NCBI RefSeq assembly: GCF_000142905.1
Contig: NW_013657613.1
Span: 52,502-116,501, forward strand
Origin: Thecamonas trahens ATCC 50062
Taxonomy: Eukaryota; Protista; Apusomonadida
Reading direction: 5' to 3'
DNA length: 64,000 nt
In this document: positions 1 to 9,464 of the stretch, one piece after another
How positions within the stretch are numbered: position 1 is the stretch's first letter
How the letters are laid out: each line of letters opens with the position of its first letter
Notes under the pieces: generated by a model
Told to the model about the DNA's origin: nothing
Databases searched by the model: none
Seen by the model: only the letters and a program-made list of their open reading frames with translations
Position numbers and translations under genes: made by a program

Positions 1-2
1 AC

Positions 3-920
3 AAACAGGTTGCGTACATGTACAAAGAGGATGCGTGCCTCTTTGCTCTCCTTATTGACACGACTGTCACCAAGGACGACCTTGTGTATGTCCAGGGAGT
101 TGTCGCCGACGCCAACAACTCGCTTGGTGTGCGCCATCTGGCGACCGCTGCTGAGGTCCATCATGACATGTGGCGTCGCTTGGCAGACGTCCTTGAGCCC
201 AAGCTCCTGGACGTTCTGTCCACGCTCCCGTCGCATACTGCGGCGTCATCGAGCGGAGCGAGCAACACGCTTCCGCAAGAATCGCGGGACCCCACGTACT
301 TTTCCCCGAGTATGTCTGCTGCCGGTGGGCCATCCAAGGTGGTAATGGCTGAGCCGGCTTCATCGCCACAGGCGCGCTCGCGGATGGACGCGGAGCGCGA
401 GGCGCGCGCTCGTAACATTGCCAAGCGCGAGAAGAACGCGGGGAAGCGCCTGCGCGCGAAGAGCGTTGATGAGGTTCGCGGCTGCAAGGTGCGAAAGATG
501 ACGGTGAACGATACGCCTGCGTCTGTGGCTTCGTTCAGCAACTACAAGCTCGTCGAAGTGTTCTGCAAGGTTCTCACGGCTACGTTGTACAACAGTCGGC
601 TAATCTCTACCTCTTCAAGTTTGTCCGTAGGCGACATGTTGGCTAAGTTTGAGGACGTGTGCGTCGGTCTCGAGTCTCGCAAGAACTGGAACCGCAAGGC
701 TGACGTACGGCGGATCCAGGTGCTGTGTGCGAGGTTCCGCTTGTGGGGCCAGGGGATCCTTCTTCCATCGGCCTCCGCTGCCAGCGTCGAACGGCTCAAC
801 TCGGTGGCGACAGACATGATGACGAGGAAGCGGAACCGCCTCTCGGCTCTGCGCGCCGAGAAGATGATGCTCCTGCGTGCATGGATGCTTTTCGACTTTG
901 AGCTGACGAAGAAACTGTAG
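3..920 (+). mobile_element. 3' part of a hAT-family transposase or transposase-derived gene; frame open to the window edge
   Basis: C-terminus LLPSASAASVERLNSVATDMMTRKRNRLSALRAEKMMLLRAW matches the hAT dimerisation motif (IPASSASVERxFS...RNRL...E.L.FL). No stop upstream of ATG 18 back to base 3. Confidence 0.75.
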
Positions 921-1132
921 TGACGATACGCATCAGCTGTTAGTCATTTAGTCAGTCATTAGAATCAGTTAGTTAGTCACAGTAAGCCGTTCCGTTCACT
1001 GTTGGTACCATCTCCTTCACTCTCACATGTGCTGTCCAGCAAAAATCGCTTGTGCCACTATTATGGTCCCACGCGGCAACCACGTGCACATGCAATTTCA
1101 GCTGCGCCGCGGCAGTAGCTATCGCTTTACTG

Positions 1133-4100
1133 CTACGCAAACCGCACCATGAGGACCGAGGCGCGCGAGACGGCGTCCTTCGCTTGGGCCACGACCTCGT
1201 CAAGCTGGCTGCGGGCGGCGGTGTCGGTCGAGTCGACCATGAGCATGGTAGCGGCGGTGTCGACCTCGTCGGCCACGTCGGTCAGCTCCTCCATCATTTC
1301 CAGGAACGCCATCTCGTCGTCGGCATCGTCGACGGCCTCAGACTTGGTCTCAAGGACCTCAACAAACTGCTCGAGCGCCTCGACAACCGACGTCGACGCC
1401 GTCAGCGTCCGGTTCGGGTGGTATCCGGCGGCCTCCATCGCAGCCAGCGCGTCGAGGACCGCCTGCTCGTTGGCCGACTTGGCCGCTCCACCGCTGCTCC
1501 CGCCGGCCTTCTTGGTCGACGGCACGCGCTTGGGCGAGTCGGCCTTCTTAACCGACGACGTGCGCTGCGGCGGGGTCTGAGCACGGGCGGAGGCCCGCGA
1601 GTCGGTCCGGACCGACGCCCGCGAGTCGCCACGGGCGGAGGCCCGCGAGTCGGCCCCGCCGCTGGCCCGTGTCTGGAGTGCAGCTTCGCGCTCGCGCCGC
1701 TCACGCTCGTCGCGCTCGCGCCGCTCGCGCTCGTCGCGCTCATGAGCCTCACGCTCGCGCCGCTCGCGCTCGGTGCGGTCGCTGCGTTCACGCTGTTCAC
1801 GGTCTTCACGCTCGCGCCGCTCGCGCTCGGCGCGCTCGCGCCGCTCGCGGTCTTCGTACGCGCGCCGCTCGCGGTCCTCGCGCTCGCGCCGCTCACGCTC
1901 AGCACGCTCGCGGGCTTCGCGCTCAGCACGGGCACGGTCTTCGCGCTCGCGCTCGGCACGAGCTTTGTCGTCGAGTTTGGCGCGCTCGCGCTTCTCGCGC
2001 TCAGCCTTCTCGCGCTCGCGCTTGGCAAGTTGCTCGCGCTGCCGCTTCTCGCGCTTCTCACGCTCCTCGCGCTCGCGACGCTCCTGCTCCACGCGCCTGC
2101 TGCGCTCGCGCTCCTCCCGGGCGGCGCGGGCGAGCTCCGAGCCGGCTACTGAGTTTGCGCGCGACGAGGCCTCGAGCGCGCGTTTGCGGACCAATGCAGC
2201 ACGTCGTTTGCGCTCGGCCTCTTCGGCAGCCGCCTTCTCCTCCTCGGCGGCCTTGGCCTTGGCGGCGGCGGTGGCACGTGCGCGCTCGCGCTCCTTGCGG
2301 CGGGCGGCGGCGGCGCGCATCTGCTTGTCCTTCTCTTCCTTGGCGACGCGCTCAGCCTCAGCACGCTCGGCGGCCTCAGCCTGCTCCTTGCGTCGGAGCT
2401 CGGCCTTGTGTTGAGCGATGAGCTTCTTCTTCTCCTCGTGCTCACGCTGCGCGGCGGCGCGCTTGGCAGCCTTGCGGCGGCGCTCTTCCTTGGCCTTGGC
2501 CTTCTCCTCCTCGGCCTTGCGCTTGTCCTCGGCCTCCTTGCGCGCCTTGTCGCGCCGGTACTTGGCCTGCGCCTCAGCCCGCCACTGCTCGTACTTTTCC
2601 GCCTTGCGGGCCTCAGCCTCGGCGGCCTTGCGGGCGGCCTCTTCCTTCTTGCGGGCCTCGGCAGCGGCCTTGGCCTTCTTGGCCTCGCGGATCTCGCGCT
2701 TGATCCGCTTGCGCTCGCGAGCATCGCGCTCGCGCTTCTCGCGCTCCTGCTCCTTCTTCTTCTCCTCAGCGGCGACCTTGCTCCGGCGGGCGCGCTCGGC
2801 AGCGACGGCCTTCTCGCGCCGGTACCGCTCAATGTCATCGCGCTTGGCCTCGAGCTCCTGTTGATGGCGGCGGAACTTTTCTTCGCGGACGAGGCGCTCG
2901 CGCTCCTCGCGTTCCTTGGCGGCAGCACGGCGGCGAGCCATTTCCTCGCGCTTGGTCGAAGCCGCATTGTACAGCCGGGCAATATCCTCGGGCTTGACCA
3001 CCCGCTTGGACGGCATCTTGGGGAAGAGCAGGCCGCCCTCGGTGACCTCGTCGAACATGCCGCAGATCACCCAGAGCGCGGCTTCTTCGGCATCGTCCAG
3101 AAACTCGATGTCCTCGACGTCGGCACTGGCCCAGAGCGCGTCCCACCGGGCTTGCCGCTTGCGCGACTGGTATGCCTCCTTCTCCGACTTGTAATCGACG
3201 ACGACTGCCGTCTTTTCGAGCAGGCGCTCAGTCCGGAACTTGGCCTCCATCTCCTTGTCGTACCGCTCACGGTCACGCTGCAGCCGCTTCTCGCGGGCGC
3301 GAGCAATGTCGTCGTCAATGCGGGAGGCGAGCTCGGGCGTGAGGCCAGTCACCTGTGGCGGCGTCCAGTCCTTGGGCCGGACAGGCGTGGTCTCATCGCC
3401 CCATGCACCAGGCTCCTCACGACGCGGTGGCGTGGCATACTCGGAATGCTCCGGCGGGTAGTAGCCGTCATCGGGTGCTCTGTAGCCGTCATCGCCATCT
3501 GCGTGGTGGTCGATGGCAATGGCAGTGTCATTGTCGGCTAAATACTGTCCACGCCGATCGGCGTCGCTCGTTGGCCCGCGGCCGCGGTCATAGGCCTCGT
3601 CCTCGCGGTAGCGGCCGCCGTCGAGAACGCCAGCAAGGATGGCGTCCGAGACGGCACGAGCGGTGGCAGAGTCGATCTCGCCGGCAGCGGCAAGATCCTG
3701 GACCTCATCGATGGTGTAGCCTTGCCAAGCCGAGAGGTCTGGCGGCTCGCCGCGGCCGTCAGCGGCAGACTTGTTGGCAGACGACGCGGTGTGGGTGGCA
3801 TGTAGGTTCGACGGCTGCTGCTCATAGTGGCGGGCGTCGGCGTCTTCGCAAAACTGGAGCAGGGCGCGGAGGCCATCCTCGTCGCGGTGCTTGGAGAGGA
3901 CCGAGTAAATGATGGGCCGAAGTTCGGCGTTGAGCGTATCGTGGTAGAGGTGGATGACCTTGGCCAGGACCTCGAGAACAAGGATCTTGCGCCGCTTCCA
4001 CTCCTCGACCTCCATGCGCTGCGGGGTAGGGCGAACCGACTTGTTGGCAGGGTCGTACTTGGGCATGATCGACGGCGGCGTGGTCGAGACAAAGAACTGC

Positions 4101-5825
4101 AACGTCGCCGATGCAAACTCGGCGAGGTAGGCCTGGACGCGGCGTTCCTTGTGGAAGCGGTTGATGAGGATGAGAAACGGGATTGCGGCGACGCGGCCGT
4201 AGAGCGTGTCCTCGACGGTGACGGTGCCAAGGAACTGGAGGAGGAGAAGGACGTGCGCGCGTGAGAGCCACGGCAGCTTGGCAATGACCAACAGAAAGTC
4301 AAAGTCCTCCATGCTCAACATGCACCCGGTCAGCTGCTTGATGAGTGGATCGAGGAGAAGCGAGAGCGGGAGCGGGTTGTCGGCCTTTTGCGCCGCCAGC
4401 GACTGAAAGAAAACCGCAAAGTTAGAGAGAAGGAATGGGCGGATGGTCGAGGTGCCCTGGGCGTCGACAAGCGCAATGACGAGTGTCTTGTAGATCGAGG
4501 CGCCGAGGCCTGTCGCATCAGAATTTTGCGCCGTCCGCTTGCGGCGGGCACCCGCAAACTCTTCCATGAGGTTGAACAGCAGGGTGAGGGCGGTGATGCG
4601 GAGCGGGATCGACGCGTCGCGGGTGGCCTTTTTGAGGAGAGCAAGAATGGTCTCGGTCTCGGGCCGCGACGCCAGCTCGGGCTCAAACAGGTTCCAGAAC
4701 TCTGCCAGGAAGAGGACGGCGGTCATGCGGAGCGCCGGATGGCGGTCGCCTGACGCTCCAGAGAGGCCCTGCTCGAGAAGGAGCTCAAAGGTGCCGTCCT
4801 TGACGATGGCAGCACGAGCAGCCGAATGGGCGGCGAGCGGCTCGAGCATCTCGTGGACAAAGGCCATGTAGCGATGCGGCTGGGCGAGCTTGCGTGGGAG
4901 GTGGGTGTGGAAGAGCTCATGGAAGGAAGAGCGGCCAAAGACGTCAAAGACGCCAAAGAGCGCAGCCTTGATGTCATGGTGGCGGGCAAACGACTCGACG
5001 AGGCAATCCATGCCACCGGTGACCGGCGTGATAAACCAGCGCCAGAGCTCCGGGCCGAGTCCCTGCTTGGCGAGCGCAAACGAGAGGCGAGTGAACATGC
5101 GGCAGGTCCAAAGGGCAACGTCGCGCGAGGTCGAGCGGAAGCCCGACTGAAGGGTGGCGAGCACAAAGTCGAGATCGCCCGGCCGCTGGTGCATGAGGGC
5201 GAGTATCTTCTTGGACTTTGAGAATAGGGCCTGGTACCACTTGATGACCGGGCGGAACGAGCCCTTGAAGCCGTGCCGGACAATGTCGTCAAAGCGCTCG
5301 GGCGTGGCGGTGAGAAAGTTGACCACGGTCTTTGTCTTGAGCCCGATCTTGAGCTGGATGGTGACGATGAAGAACTCGAGCATGTTATCGGCGTTGTCGG
5401 GCGAGACCGCCGCAGAGAGCTTTTTGATGTCGAGTGAGACGCGCGAGTAGTCGCGTGGCAGAAAGTTAGACAGCAGCGTCTGCCGCGTCACCACCGACGT
5501 CACGCCCGAGCCGATAGCCGGGTCGCGCCCGTGCTGCGCCGCCGCGATGATGGTAGTGTCCGGGTGCAGCGCGTCGAGCGATGATGCCGGCGCGAGGCTG
5601 CGCTCACCCTCGCCACCACCGCCAGGGGTCATGCCGCCAGCCTCTGACCCGCCTTGTCCGGCACCGCCCACCGAGCCTCCGCCGTCGGCGTAGAAGGCGG
5701 CAAAGAGCTGCTCGAGCAGGTCGGCCGCCACGTCTGCGTCGCCGGCCACGAGGACAGCCTTTGTGTCGTTGTCCAGTTCGATGCCAACGGAGCGGAAGCA
5801 AGGGCTGAGTATGTTCCAATTCTGA
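1133..5825 (-). CDS. Large protein: CH-like (SPEF1/SPEF2-type) N-terminal end, helical ARM-like region, long E/R/K/A coiled coil; first exon probably in gap 5882-6464
   Basis: About 1560 codons open. Pyrimidine tract plus CACAG acceptor at 5830-5826 on the minus strand. NWNILSPCFRSVGIELDNDTKAVLVAGDADVAADLLEQLF resembles the end of a CH_2 domain. C-terminal RERERE repeats. Confidence 0.7.
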
Positions 5826-6659
5826 CTGTGGGCGCGGAGGGAGGGGAGGGGGAGGGGGGGAGGGGAGGGGGGGAGGGGGAGNNNNNNNNNNNNNNNNNNN
5901 NNNNNNNNNNNNNNNNNNNNNNNNNNNNNNNNNNNNNNNNNNNNNNNNNNNNNNNNNNNNNNNNNNNNNNNNNNNNNNNNNNNNNNNNNNNNNNNNNNNN
6001 NNNNNNNNNNNNNNNNNNNNNNNNNNNNNNNNNNNNNNNNNNNNNNNNNNNNNNNNNNNNNNNNNNNNNNNNNNNNNNNNNNNNNNNNNNNNNNNNNNNN
6101 NNNNNNNNNNNNNNNNNNNNNNNNNNNNNNNNNNNNNNNNNNNNNNNNNNNNNNNNNNNNNNNNNNNNNNNNNNNNNNNNNNNNNNNNNNNNNNNNNNNN
6201 NNNNNNNNNNNNNNNNNNNNNNNNNNNNNNNNNNNNNNNNNNNNNNNNNNNNNNNNNNNNNNNNNNNNNNNNNNNNNNNNNNNNNNNNNNNNNNNNNNNN
6301 NNNNNNNNNNNNNNNNNNNNNNNNNNNNNNNNNNNNNNNNNNNNNNNNNNNNNNNNNNNNNNNNNNNNNNNNNNNNNNNNNNNNNNNNNNNNNNNNNNNN
6401 NNNNNNNNNNNNNNNNNNNNNNNNNNNNNNNNNNNNNNNNNNNNNNNNNNNNNNNNNNNNNNNNGGCGGCGGGCGGCGGGCGGCGGGCGGGCGAACGAAC
6501 AAAACAACGAACAACAACGACAGGTCGCACGGGGGCCACACGCACCACGCAATGATGACGACATGTTGGCGGAGCAGCGACAAAACACGACCGCCGCGTT
6601 CGATTGCTCGATACACACAGGTCCACACACCTGACCCAACCACCCACAGACACACCAGC

Positions 6660-7388
6660 ATGGCTTCCGTTCCGTCCCCCCTCATTGCCGTCGTGACCGG
6701 CGGCAACCGTGGCATCGGCCTGGCCACCGTCCGGGCCCTCGCCGGCGTGGCCGACACGGTCATCATGGGCACGCGCAGCCTCGAGGCCGGCGCCGCCGCG
6801 CTCGAGACCGAGACGCTAGCCGGCGTGAGCAACGTGGTGCCGATGGAGCTGGACGTGGCGTCTGACGCGTCGGTCGCCTCGTTTGCCGACGCCGTCAAGC
6901 TCGCCTACGGCGCCGTGGGCATCCTCGTCAACAACGCCGGTATCATTGGCGAGGAGACGTTCGGCACTCCGCTGCTGGAGAGCCGCATCGAGGACTTTAC
7001 GCGGGCGTTCGACGTCAACACGCTCGGCGCCATCCGCATGATGCAGGCCCTCGTGCCAGACATGGTCGCCGCCAGCTACGGCCGCGTCGTCAACATCTCG
7101 TCGGGCATGGGCCAGCTGAGCGACATGGGCTCGGGTACCAGCCCGTATCGCCTCTCCAAGTCGGCGCTCAATGCCGCCACTCGTGTCCTCGCCAACGAGG
7201 TCGAGGGCTCCGGTGTCTTTGTCGTCTGTACCTGCCCAGGATTTGTCGACACCGACATGACCAACCACCGTGGTCACATCAAGCCGTCCGAGGCCGCTGA
7301 GAACATCGCCTACCTCGCCACTCTCCCCAGCGATGCCGCAGACCATTCGGGTGGCTTCTTCCGTAACAAGAAGCGGATCGACTGGTAG
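6660..7388 (+). CDS. Short-chain dehydrogenase/reductase (carbonyl reductase-like)
   Basis: TGGNRGIG, LDV, NNAG, VVNISS, YRLSK catalytic motif, PGFVDTDM. Confidence 0.93.
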   Translation: MASVPSPLIAVVTGGNRGIGLATVRALAGVADTVIMGTRSLEAGAAALETETLAGVSNVVPMELDVASDASVASFADAVKLAYGAVGILVNNAGIIGEETFGTPLLESRIEDFTRAFDVNTLGAIRMMQALVPDMVAASYGRVVNISSGMGQLSDMGSGTSPYRLSKSALNAATRVLANEVEGSGVFVVCTCPGFVDTDMTNHRGHIKPSEAAENIAYLATLPSDAADHSGGFFRNKKRIDW

Positions 7389-8420
7389 TTGGGCGGCCGA
7401 GCCTCGGAGCATGCTGGCCGATCGACGATATCTTGCGATTGGAGGATGATCACGTGAATTGTAGCATACAACGATGTGGCATGTATGCTGAGGATAAAGA
7501 TGATGTGCATGGATGTGGGTATGCCGAGGCTAGTGCGTACTACGGGTTGTTGATGGGTACGTGATGGAAGGCTTGAGGAGCAGATATGCTTTCACACTAT
7601 ACACTTATATATATAAATATATGATTGATAATAAATATTTTTATGTATGAAAAGAATAGATTTGGTAAAATGTGCATATACACAGTTCAAATTATGTAAA
7701 AGTAATATTTATGGCACTTTGGGGGTAATTTTTCGCGTCTATCAGCCTTTTCTCGTTTTCGCATTGCGTCTTCATCGCGTCTTGGGGATAGCGTTCCGGG
7801 AACGGTCGCAGAACGCTGGCGCCCAGGACCGTTCTTGAGCTCCGGCGTGAGCTCCGGCTTGCTCTCGTAGGCAACGATCGCGATTGTTTTCCACCCGACG
7901 ACTCGCTTGAACTCTCGCAACGGCACCAAGCGAGGCACCGGTCGAATCAGTGAGCATGAGCCACGCTGCACTGCCACACCCGGGGGCCACGATCCCAAGA
8001 CTGTGCGGTTTGGAAGAGCTGGTTGATCCAGTCGCGGCAGGCAGGGCAAGGACTTCCGTTGGTACGTCATCGACCATGCTGGGCTGGTTATCAACACCTG
8101 GCCGAGCCGCTACTGGTGATGGGGGGGGGGGGGGGGATGGGGGATCGATCCTTGATCTCCAAGTTGGGCTCTTCTGTCAATATCTGTGCTGCTCACGGTA
8201 GGCAGTAGTTTGGCGGTGTGTGAGGCAGCAGGGTCGGGTGTGCGGCCGAGCGTGCCTGGCCGTGTGCCCTGGTTGGGCGCAGGTGGAGCTCTGGATTGAG
8301 ACGCGGTTGGGCCAAATGGCAAATTGTTGAATGGCGCGCTTTCGCCTCAGCTGACGGACAGTGGATGCAGCTCGGGCGGGCGGGGACGGTCGCATCTCGT
8401 CTCGTTGAGGGACCGACAGG

Positions 8421-9131
8421 ATGGCGAGCACATGGGATTGGGAGTATGTCAAAGATGAGCACTTGCCGCTGCTGGAGGCCATCCGTGACGGTGACGAGGA
8501 CGGGTTCTACGCGGCGCTGGCCGGTGGCGGCGGGCCAGAGGAGGAGGCGTCGCTGGCGGCNNNNNNNNNNNNNNNNNNNNNNNNNNNNNNNNNNNNNNNN
8601 NNNNNNNNNNNNNNNNNNNNNNNNNNNNNNNNNNNNNNNNNNNNNNNNNNNNNNNNNNNNTGCAGGGTTGGAGCCGGCCGAGGCACGGCTACTGGGCCAG
8701 CGCCGCTGGCGGCCGCGGTCCTGTTCGAGCGTCCGGCCATGGCCGAGTACCTACTCGACGACGTTGCGGTTGATGTCGAGTCCCGCGCCCGTGGCGACGA
8801 CTGGGCCCACACCCTCACTCCGCTGCTCCTTGCCGCCCACGTCGGCCACGACGCTATGGCCGACCTACTGCTTGCCCGCAACGCCGATCCGGCTGCCACC
8901 ACCATCGGCCGCGATGACGGCGAGCTCGACGCCGCCGCCGTCGCTGCTGCCGCCGGCCACGATGCCCTTGCCGCCACCCTCTCAGCCGCCGCCGCGCCCA
9001 AGGTTCCGTCCCCCGCTGCTGCCGATGCGAGCCCGGCTGGCACAGCAGAACTCACTCCTGCTGTACCAGCTGCAGCTACGGCTGCTCCGATTCCGGCCGC
9101 GATACCGGTCCCAGAGTCTGGCTCAGGGTGA
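8421..9131 (+). CDS. Ankyrin-repeat protein (spans 100-N gap 8561-8660)
   Basis: PLAAAVLFERPAMAEYLL, TPLLLAAHVGHDAMADLLLARNAD and AAAAGHDALAATL are ankyrin-like. Confidence 0.75.
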   Translation: MASTWDWEYVKDEHLPLLEAIRDGDEDGFYAALAGGGGPEEEASLAXXXXXXXXXXXXXXXXXXXXXXXXXXXXXXXXXXCRVGAGRGTATGPAPLAAAVLFERPAMAEYLLDDVAVDVESRARGDDWAHTLTPLLLAAHVGHDAMADLLLARNADPAATTIGRDDGELDAAAVAAAAGHDALAATLSAAAAPKVPSPAAADASPAGTAELTPAVPAAATAAPIPAAIPVPESGSG

Positions 9132-9235
9132 GCGACAGCGTCGAGCCACGACCACGGCCACGGCCATAGCCATAACCACCGCCATAGGCACACACACCTA
9201 TGCACACACAAATCTTAACACATAGACACATACGC

Positions 9236-9450
9236 ATACTCGAGGTGTTTGTCAATGACTGGCTCGGGACCAAGCTGGCAGTGCTCTTGGCGACACGGTC
9301 GGCGAGCTCAAGCTGGTGATTGCGTCACAAACGGGCCCGCAGCCGATGTGCATCCGCCTGCAGAAGGCTGATCGAGTGTACAAAGATCACATCATACTCG
9401 CCGACTACGAGATCCCCGATGTGTTCAACTTTGAGATGTTCTACAACTAA
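9236..9450 (+). pseudogene. UBL5: UBL5/Hub1 ubiquitin-like pseudogene
   Basis: ILEVFVNDWLGTKL, then after a frameshift near 9278-9288 GDTVGELKLVIASQTG...LQKADRVYKDHIILADYEIPDVFNFEMFYN*. Aligns with Hub1 (MIEVVCNDRLGKKV...DTIGDLKKLIAAQTG...[22 protein letters not shown]). Start codon is ATA. Confidence 0.85.
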
Positions 9451-9464
9451 GTTGTGATGCATGT

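Noticed and set aside
1052-5808. Many long overlapping antisense or alternate-frame ORFs here and throughout the window
   Set aside because: Shadows of GC-rich codon bias with R/P/S/A-rich translations and no motifs
5826-6898. N-terminal extension of the 1921-aa ORF, and other ORFs reading through N runs
   Set aside because: Artefact of translating gaps (5882-6464, 16874-17139, 22953-23052, 26095-26194, 31098-31197). The 5' part is antisense to the SDR.
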